A stretch of DNA of 56,422 bases, filler included, from Sphacelaria rigidula (taxonomy: Eukaryota), in assembly GCA_964200075.2 (NCBI GenBank). It is 4 parts of 4 records of this genome, joined end to end, with 100 filler letters (N's around TTAATTAATTAA, not from the genome) between each part and the next. Parts side by side here need not be neighbours in the genome. Positions count along the whole stretch, not along the records: positions 42,394 to 56,422 come from CAXNAA020002499.1; 3 more parts are not named here. One strand, 5' to 3'. Position 1 is the first letter of the stretch. Each line of letters begins with the position of its first letter. Shown here piece by piece: positions 46,588-56,422 of this stretch. The translations under genes were made by a program, and so were the position numbers. Below the pieces are notes generated by a model. That model made no database searches, had not been told where the DNA came from, and saw only the letters and a program-made list of their open reading frames with translations.

Positions 46588-49500
46588 TGGCAGACAGGTG
46601 AGGTATGTCCTGTCCGATTTCGGACTAGTGAAAATCATGGTGGTGGTGACCTGCTCCTTGAGATTTATAGCATTTTTACTGCTACTAGTATAACTACAAC
46701 ATTGGTTGAGCGTCGTGTTTATTAAGCGTGATGAATTGTCAACCCTGTGCGCGATGTCAACTATACTGGGGCGATGTATGTATAGTACTCCTGTATCCAG
46801 GCGAATACGTGATGCTGGCCAGATCTCGGGCTCCGATAGAATCGTTCTGCGATGATGAATGAACGCCGATTGGATGAAATATGAAAACATGCTATACAGC
46901 CAGCGTTCGGTTTTCGTTCAGCGTCGACATACTAGCGCTTGACACTTCTTTGTACACCTGAAATCACGTTGATCGGACCCCCTGAGCAGGCTGACCGTCT
47001 CATTGCATATTCAATCACTCAGCTCCTCCTGCACGCGTCACCCCGTCTGCAACCCTCTTGAATCTTATCCAAGCTACACGGTAAACACAGTCGGAACTGC
47101 TTGACACGCCCACCACTAGCTGAATACTGACCTACGATATCAAAACACACCGCACATAAGGGGGCTGCATATATATGATGGCACTGGGAGGGCTGCATGA
47201 CGACTAACTGGCTCAGAGGATGGAGGCTGCTGTGTGAAAAACTACTGGCTTATGATGAAGACATGCCGAACTCGAGAACACTAGACCTGTAACGGCCACC
47301 GATCGTTCTGTCTGACGTCACCTCTTTCGCCAAACTTTCGATCCCGTCAAAGTACCGCACGAGCTCCCGCCGCGCACAGCAGCTGACCAGCCCACTGTCA
47401 CACAACCTTCCGGAGTCATTTACAAAACAGGAAAACAGGCACTCTCCCAACCGGACAGAACTACAACCACCCGGATCGCACGCGTCATCGTCGCTATCAT
47501 TTGACCCCAAAAAAGTTGTCTTGAATCACGAAGGGGCAGCATACAGCGTGCACACGACGACTGCCTTCAGGCCAAACAAATCTTCAAGAACGGAGAAGGG
47601 CAATTCAAGTTATACTCCGCTCTCAACTGCAGTAAAGAACTTGGTGTCGAGGCCGCATACACCTGCTCGTAACAGACTCTTCAAACCTGTTGAAAAACAA
47701 CGAAGCGGTGAGCGGAACCACGATCGGCGAAGGACCGACTGCTACCTGGCTGACGAAAGACGGGGCAACCAAAAGCTTTCAGAGGTAATGTAAAATTAAT
47801 TGTATGCATTTGACGAGTCCGCATACCTTGCATACCTTCCGCGGTGTATTTTTCTTGATGAATCATACGTGGGCTGGCAGGAATGTTCGACTCGACTACA
47901 GAACCATAAACGAAAGTACTGGGTGCGTGTCTGTTTCCTGTTGAGTATATGTTACAGACTGAAGTACACACCTAATATAGTCATGATGTGCTCGTGCAGC
48001 CGCTTTTTTGCACATTGCTGATCCGCAAGTCCGTCGTGTTGGTCTTATCAAGTATTCTTAGACTGCATGTCATTATTTCTTTGCGTGTACGAGTAGATCT
48101 GCATAGAAAATCATAGTGCGATGCGAGGAATGACCTATCAACCCTTTGACTGTCAGGAGGGTGGGCGGTCAAGGGGTCGAACAAGGTGGATGTCGCCGTC
48201 GGAGGTGTAAAAAAAGAAATAAATTGTGTGTCCTCCCAAACCAGGGTCCTGATCATGATAGTTGACGTGTGTGTCTCGGAACCGCGAGAGCAATCAACAT
48301 ACCCCCTCGGTCGCTTCGTCGGCCGCAAGGCGACAGCAGGGCGGACGAAAAGAAACGGTGATGGCGGCAGTTTTGAAGAAAGTAGTCACGTTGATAAATA
48401 GCCCGTCTCTCCTGCCAACTGTGGTCTCTCCCACTATTGCTCTGCCTGACGTCGTTCCCGTAAATAGCGTCTTGGCCGAAGAAAATCAATATTTGCATTA
48501 CCCCTCTACAACAAAAACAGCAGCATCAAATATCAAATGCAATAATAGTAACAACAGAGCAATAATGATCGTGGTGGTTTCACCACCACGAAAGACGACC
48601 AACAAAGATATACTCATACACGCAGTATGGCCTTTTGGGGAGGTACTGCTACAGTACTAACGTATACAATGCAAGAGTTGTGCATGCTTTCTTGGATCTA
48701 CCCGCCTGCTCGGTGACCATTTTCGTACTCTAGTTTTTTTTGTCCCCTGTCGCGAGAAGAAAGCCGCCGCAGACAAGGCGATGCTACATTGCATTGTGGT
48801 GCAAGCGTAACATAACGGCACAAGTGGCCTCGTGCAAATGCAAACATATGTGTTGTTGCGGTGGTACGCTGTGTCGAAGGGGGGGGGAAGCGCGAATGCG
48901 GAACGTCATACGAGTAGGAGTTGCGCTCGCCAGGTTGTTGGCCGCTGGGAAGCGTACGTGCAAAGTTACTACACGAATGTTCACCACTTCACTCTTTCTA
49001 CGGTAACCCTCTCCCCCTGAGAAAAAAGTTTAATGGGGACCGAAGCAAAATCTATCACACGAGTCTTATGCAGGCGTAGTGCTATTCGTCGTGCTGATCC
49101 TGCATTCTTGTTGTAATCCCAAGACCTGGTTCCCGAAACCGGCTATATATATATATATATATATCTGCGCCCCTGATCACCGTAAGACCTGGACGCTGAA
49201 GCCAGCGATCATCTCGATGGACTGCACGGCCGTGTCTTCGTTGTACAAACGCTGGCTACCGCCATATACGGCCTTTTCATTTGTTTCATTGTTTTTGTGT
49301 CATTATATACTATTTGTGGTCGTCGCCATATCGCCAGTTCTGAGTCTCCAACTATCTTTCTGAGGGTGGAAAGAGAGGACTACATCCGTTACGTGTTTGG
49401 GTTGGTTTGGGATCGACGGCCGCGGTCAATGTCACGGTCTCCGTGTGCTTTGTTTACCTTACATTGAGGCAAATCCCGGGAAACCCCAGCACCATAATGC

Positions 49501-51809
49501 CTTCCCATTGATGGAAATATTATGCACTACATTTCGAGTCTATGCTTGCTCCAAGCGAAATTAATTGGGGAGAAGAGGAAGGAGCACAGGGGGGAGGGGC
49601 GGGGGGCGGGAGCAAGTAAAACGACCATGTCTATACGACCACTCGCTTGATTAGCTCTGTCTCGATTGTATCATCAACGTGTTTTTTTCTGAGCTGAGAC
49701 CTACCGCGAAACACATGATGACTACGAGTATGAATACGTGAGCACGGTTTTCAATCTGATGGCTGTGAGTGAATGAGGGCTTGTTTTTTAACTTGTATCT
49801 GTATCATGGCGTGTTTTTTTCAAAATTTCGCTTGTCGGCTACAATTATACCTGAAACACGAACACGTGTCGGAAAGACCAAATGAAAAGCCGGCAGCACG
49901 TTACAACAGTAGTACCGTAGGCAAAAGGATATGCGTTAACAAACACACGCACACGCCTCATACGCCTCACATCCGAAGTCAAACTTCTTTTTTGGCTGGT
50001 GTATCGTGTATGAAACAAGGATACTCTGGATGACAGCTGCCGGGAGTGAATTATCCAACCAACTACCATAAAATTTCCAGCCATGGTGAATATCGGCAGA
50101 CGTTGCGTGAAAAATCATTGATATTGCTACATTTATGTAAAAAAAAAATCTGCCAAAACAACAAAAAGGTCCATCCAACCCGTCCACCCCAACCCAACAC
50201 CAAACATCCGTATGTATAGAGTGAGCATGATGCTGAGCCAACAGATGGACATACTTTGTAGCATAATGATGCGAGTACGAACGGAACGAAGGAGTACAGC
50301 AACGAGCACAAAGACAAAGCTGTTGTTGTTTAGTATGCACTACTTGTTCGACGCGCAGCAACGACTCCTGATGGCGCTGACAAAACATCTATGTATGCTC
50401 CGGGCGGAGCGAAGTTTGGATCCGAGAGCTTGGAAGATGCCTCGACGCAACAGTGCAACCCGTTGGCGTTCACATTAGAGTCACGTAGGGCTGGAAATCA
50501 TGTCCTCCTTTGAGTTGGACGACGAAGCTTCCGTGTAGTATCTGCAGTATCTACCCCAAACGTGACAAGATCCCAGTCCGCCAAGCAGAAGAAAAACACG
50601 TACTTCCGTTCGAGGGTGACGCCCGCGAGGGGGACACCTTTGCCTCAAACCCCTCCTAGGAATCCAAACGCTGACCCCAACCGTAGAAACCTGACCCCAA
50701 AAAGCATGCCGAGAGCCATCGGGCAAGAGAGAGATATTATAGATAGTGTTCAGTAGGCAAATTGTGCGGGAACGGAGATCGACTCGGCACCTGAGTGTGG
50801 CAATTGAAACAAAATTTCACCCTTCGCACTCTGGCGAGTTAGTTAGTCGAGAGTATCGTCCTGCCCAAGGATCCGAGCATAGCTACCGGCACCGAAACCA
50901 AGTAATTTTCAACCATAGAATTTGGCGATGGGCTGTGTCACAAACTGCACTGGTAATTTTGAATACGTGGTTGTGGGCCCAGAGCTCTTGGCATTGTACG
51001 TACTAAACACCCTCATTCACCGTTCTGTACTGTACTCTGTACCGTACTGTACTGCGTGACGATGACACAACGGCCCGTTTGCTCACCCGCACGTACGTCG
51101 TCTGTTTTAAATTTGAAGTAGTGGGCTCAGTTCTGTTTATCTGCAGTGCGATGCTCGACCACACATTGCATTCTGCAGAGTATATCCGCTTCCATTGTAC
51201 TCCTAGCATATGATGGAAGATGCCGGTCTCTCTTCAGTCCTCTGGCCGCTAGATGATCTTGGTCTCACGTTCACTTTTCGAGTAAAGTGATGACGTCCGA
51301 TCGACAGACGATCCAGCCCGGCGGCCAAAAGGGTTCATTATGCCTTTCCTCCTGTTGTCGTTTTCCTCCGGCAGAGTCGCGTGTTGTTGACGTCTTCTCC
51401 CATAATGAACGATTTTATTTTGTCCCCTAATTACACCATCATGTTTTGGGTCTCCATTTCTCGCCCATGGTGGTGTTTATGACACCCATAGATACCGGTG
51501 TTGTTGACAGTATCTAGCCAAGATCCGCCCAAAGCCTAACTCCCGTCTGCTACTTGAGGCTCCTGTTGTTGCTTCTTGACGACCAGATCGACTTTGAAAA
51601 TTGTATCTTCGGGGTCTGCGATAACCCCGGGTTTTGACGGTACTCTGTAGTAATGTCAGGTTTATTGTGCATCTGGTACTCATCAGCGTGAAAAGCTATC
51701 CACGTATTATGGTCTCAAGCACATTTCGGAGCAGTAGATGCATGCTGATGTCGAGAATATGGTGTGCTTGGAAAATCATCGAAGCTCTTGCGTGTGTGTA
51801 TGTGTGTGT

Positions 51810-51872
<63 letters not shown>

Positions 51873-54089
51873 CATCAAGTACTACGAAGAAAACGTGCGA
51901 ATGACCGCACGACACGGATCCACGGTACTGTCCTTGGGTCACCACCGGAGATTGTCTAGAATCTTGTGAACGCCGCACGTTTCACCTTGTCCGGGCACCG
52001 CACGGCGCCTGATATTTTGGTGTACTCGTATTATGAGGGTATGCTTTCGTGGTCACTCAAGGATGAGTATTCCGTCTCCCCCATGCCCCGAAAATTCTCT
52101 ATTCAGTTTTGAGCAAATCGTGAGATAAGTGTCAACACCGTCGGTTGTAGAGGATTGGATCATCAACTTGGGGTGTACGCGTTGGGACGCTCCTCGACGC
52201 TTTTTCTCGCCACTCACCGGGGGGGCAAACAATTCAATGGTGACACGTACTACGCATGCAAAGATAGGACGAGGTCGAGGTTTGTCTCCAGTATTGAAGA
52301 CAACGAATACACCATTTTGATCTACTCGTATCCAAGTTGTTATTTTTTCGCATCCTCGTTCGTGCTGCACAACATTGATAGACAGGCGTCGACCCCCGAC
52401 GGAGGTATACCCGTCGGAAAAGACTTGATGAGACGATCGCACCCGGAATCAAAAACGCGAACCCCTCGTTCCATTTCATCCATGCCCATGGCTCAAAAGT
52501 TCAAGACAACGAGGGATGAACTCAGTCCTTGGTTGCCTTACTATTGACCGCGTTCTACCGCCAGGCGCGAGATGGGTCGTTTCTCGAATCCGCGTCATTT
52601 CGACTTGAAAAATGCATGCAAGACATTACTGTACCCTGGCTGAGTGTCAGCGCTGAATATTCATGGCCAATCCAACTAAGTAGCCGTTCACCTATATCAG
52701 AGCGTTCGCACGCAACGGCGAAACAAAATTCACCTCTTTTGCTGGGTTCGCTGATCAAGGTGTTGGTTTCTAGCAGCCACATTTTTTCGGCAAAGTTTAT
52801 CCGCACTTTTGTTACGAGCAGTTCAACATTTTCGTAGCATGTGGAAGCATACCGCAAAGAAAAATCATGCTGTAACTCGTGCGTGTTACATATTGCGAGC
52901 TAATTTTTGAAGGGCATCTCGTTGGTTTTGGCCGGCCACGCAGTTTCTGGCGTGAATTTTGGCCTCGCTCTATTTGTCGTGTCCGTAGTATTTGCCCGTA
53001 ATGTCAGCAAGCGATCGCTTGAAACTGACTCCTTCAACGTTATACAGTAATTGTTGATCAGGCCTTTTGCATGCTATTGGAGCATATGTACTCAACAAAA
53101 CTAGTTTCGTGCCCACCGAGAAAGGCGACAGCCTTGAGATGCCGTGTGGTGAGAACTCCGTGCAGCAGGCGAAATCAAATGATGAGATCTCAAAGCGTTT
53201 TTTCTATTTTCTCCGGTTTGGAAGCTTATGGTTGGTGTTTCCGAGGGTACATTGTTTTTTCCCTTCTTGAAAATTAGTCAGCGCCACACAAGAAAAAGCA
53301 GTACGAGTGGCGGCTAGAGGACCAACCCTTGAGATGTCGCATGCAGCTTAGTTTCTCCGTAAGTTACGAGTACCCTCCAAAATACAAGTAAACAGGCCGC
53401 TGCAAACTTGAAGAAGGCTAACCTACTATTTTAGTCAAGCCCTGACTATCTCGTGGGGGCGATGTGGTTGGAAACTACCCGACGATGAACGATGCAAGCT
53501 TACCGTCCGTGTTGTTTAATGGGACGGTAATATATTTCAAACCCATCGCATATTATTCATCGTTCCGTGCACGTAAGAGTCTTCTTGAGTTCCTCCGCCG
53601 CTTATCATGACGGCATCACTTTCGAAACGTGGTGTGCGCAGCATGGGCGTGTGTTCAGTGTGTCAAAGTGGTGATCGATATAGTCTTGGATATATAGCCA
53701 ACGATTACGTGTCGACTGTACTGTAGTCAAGAATGATGCTTCCGGTCAGCAGCTCACTAAATAAATTTGATGAAAGCCAGCAACATATCATGGTCCACAT
53801 GACAGACATCTACATGGGCAAGCCACACAAACGGTTGGGAGATGAGATTTGAAGAGCGCAAGACCCAAAACAGGCGGAGTCTATCGTGTCTCGCAGCTGA
53901 CCACAATTGGGCTGGTGGACTGGTGAAGTTGTCTAGGAAACACCGGATGAAACAGCTGAGGAACGGGCAACTGACGCCCCATAAAATGCGTGCGGTGCCT
54001 TTCTTTTCTTCTGCCGGAACAACAAACAAACGGAGGTTTGTTGCTAACCGGTTGACGGCGAGCTTGCGTCATATGTTGGGTCAGCATAA

Positions 54090-54152
54090 AAAAAGGCATT
54101 CGAAAAAATGACTTTATGGCTAGATGACCTACCCTCGCGGTCAAAGGGTTAA
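54090..54152. mobile_element. piggyBac-like terminus
   Basis: GCGGTCAAAGGG|TTAA is the exact inverse of TTAA|CCCTTTGACCGC at 412-427; the partner end was not found. Confidence 0.5.
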
Positions 54153-56351
54153 CACGCCACGATAAGGGCACCGGCAGTGCTGATAACAATGTCGCACTGT
54201 ACAGTCTCTCATACAGCCGGTCATGTCCACCAGTTGAGCGCCGATCACACTGTTCATGTGACTTACAGTACTCCCCTCTCTTATACCCGACACGCCTTCT
54301 TTTACGAGCCAGCGGCTCGTCCGTCTTGAACCGTCATTATCCACCGCTGTTCGGACTGTTTTTGTCATGCTTCCCACTAGGGGGAAATAGACTCTCCGCC
54401 AGTCGCCCCTCCCCTCCCCACCCTGTGTCATTGCGCATCTTGTCCCGCTTCGGCCTTCCACAGAAAACAAGTTCAACTCCAACAATCATCCGCGAGACAA
54501 AATCACACTTTCCGTGAAACCACACAGACTTAACAAGCAATTGACCGTGCGCCCACGCAACGGCAGTCAAGGGGAAGGTGAGACTATACCCCCACCAAGT
54601 ACAATTACCGCCATGGATGACTCCGTCTGGTTATACTCACGTTCGTTTACTCGTCCCGTGTACGTACAACGGTTGAATCCCATTTCGACGGTGGAGCGGA
54701 TTGTCGAGGCCCGCTACCCACGGGCGCGCCCCGAACAAAAACTTCGGGTGACGCACAAATATGGTGATGGCGCACGGGGGTAAATAGTGCTGCGGTAGTT
54801 CTGTCTTTTTTGTCGGCACTTTGTAGTCCTCTTGACCAGAGTTTGGTAACGAAGAGTTCCCGGGAGTAGCGCTTCGTCGAATATAGAATATAGTTCTTTG
54901 TCGTTGCGTTGACCAGGAAATCTAGTCTGGACGCTGATGATATTCGAATATTTGGTTTTTCATCATTCCGCGGCGCTCACCAGTAGCGTGCGCAGAGCGT
55001 GTTTTTCGCTCAGATCGGCTCAGTGGACCAGTAGTAGACCATTACGCGGCGCCGGCGACGGCAGTTCCGCATAGACGGTTTAAAACAACTGCTCTGAACT
55101 ACAGTACAGAGGTAGTAGTGTGGACGGTCATATTCAGATTTTGATATCGGATTTTTGGAGGCTCACCAACCCGATGGCTCGCCCAGCGTGCGCAGCACGC
55201 GGTCCTCTGAAGAAATTTGATCAAAAAGCAGCGAACGCGTCGCCTAGGGGGTACTGCATGTAATGTATCCCCCTTCTTGCCCAAGGGCTCTATCAGTATT
55301 TTGCCTCGCATTGGGATTTTGGATTAAGGTTCTTCTCCTTTTTATTTCGCAAAAGTGAGGTGTGTGTGTGTGTTTTAACCATGAAAGTTTTTTCGTCGCT
55401 GGGTCGAAACCCGCCTCCATCGGCACCACAGGCGCCTTTTCGAGGCTCTGCTGACGCAAGCTTAGTCCACGATATACCCTGTGTATTTATTTCTTCGGTC
55501 TCCTTGAGGGTTCTCGTTCAACGTGGGGCTGACGTTTTGGGGGTAGATTCCAAGAGTTTCAGAGTGTATCACCCATGATGAACTAACTGTCTTTTGACAG
55601 TGAAATCGCGCAAACCCGCCTCATTGTCATGAATTTCGCCCCGCCAAAGCCGCTGTACGCGCATGTACGATGAAATTTCGATTGAATTATGAGGCCCCCG
55701 GCAAAACAATCGTCAATACATACAAACAGTAAGTAGTAGAGGGTTTTGTGTCATCAGCCCGGATAACCGAAACCGGCGGGTACAACAACTTCGTTCCGCA
55801 TTGTTGACGAGTGGTGATCCCTTGTGATACCACGTTGTTGAGCATGACTCGAGGATAGTATAATAATTATCAAAGCTGACAGCCTTTTTTTTGCTCCGCC
55901 TTCGGGTTACGATTTGAGAAAAAACGACGCACGCTTTGTCTACTGGGTAACTCATGCACATGCCTCCCTTTGCTCGAAGGGTTCACGTCTTGCCTTTGCT
56001 GCGATCAAGAAGAGTTGTTGGGGGTTGGGGTTAGGGTGCTGGTGGGCGAGCCTGTACGAAGAAGTAAGTGCGCATGAGACGGTGAGAACAGTCCTTCGCC
56101 CACCCAACACATCCCAAGCAATACATTTTGCCATTCGACCGGGGTTACCTCGAGGCTTGCGTGCGCTCTGAAAAGTGACATACTACTGCTGTAGTAGGAT
56201 CATGAGAACGACATTGTCTGTGTCTAGGTACGCGAGATTTTTTATCGAGGGCACGCACAATAAACAGCTGATCATCGAAATTAAGCACGGAGGTTTTCAT
56301 TAAGGATGAGAACCCGGAGGATTAAAACCTTCGTATCCACACCTACCGACA

Positions 56352-56422
56352 CCGGTCGCCCCGGTGGCTCACTTGGTAACCTCGTAACCTTCTGGTGGTT
56401 GAGTTGTGGGGTTCGATTCTCG
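56352..56422 (+). mobile_element. tRNA-derived SINE head, cut by the window end
   Basis: CCGGTCGCCCCGGTGGCTCACTTGG...GGTTCGATTCTCG. Confidence 0.82.

Noticed and set aside
52053-54111. piggyBac transposase or TnpB/Fanzor relic next to the TTAA terminus
   Set aside because: The short ORFs show no DDD or RuvC motifs in the right order; the resemblances (MSCMHFSS, CIRC) are too weak.
54266-55258. pogo/Tc1-like element (TA|CAGTACTCCCCTC ... GGGGGTACTG)
   Set aside because: The terminal match is only about 10 nt and the right side lacks a TA flank.

Overview
Eukaryotic, intron-rich and repeat-rich DNA, most likely from a brown alga or related stramenopile (inference from gene structure, flagellar dynein and the repeat landscape). 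The window is not one continuous locus. It is four segments of almost identical length (1-14031, 14132-28162, 28263-42293, 42394-56422; 14031/14031/14031/14029 nt) joined by artificial N44-TTAATTAATTAA-N44 linkers, so no adjacency across the linkers should be assumed. Segment 1 holds the 5' half of an SR-type RRM splicing factor gene (- strand), head-to-head with a SPRING1/C12orf49-like gene (+ strand) followed by a decayed Ty1/Copia element. Segment 2 holds a complete five-exon ApaH-like (ALPH/Ppn2-type) phosphatase gene with a decayed LINE in its last intron. Segment 3 holds nine internal exons of an axonemal dynein heavy chain, with two GC-AG introns. Segment 4 has no confidently recognisable gene and is mostly transposon debris. 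The most interesting signal is a LINE family whose 3' end carries an oligo(C) tail instead of poly(A) and whose short copies sit in C-runs with 14-15 bp target-site duplications. There are also several foldback/MITE families (some nested) and a tRNA-derived SINE with a structured 3' end.
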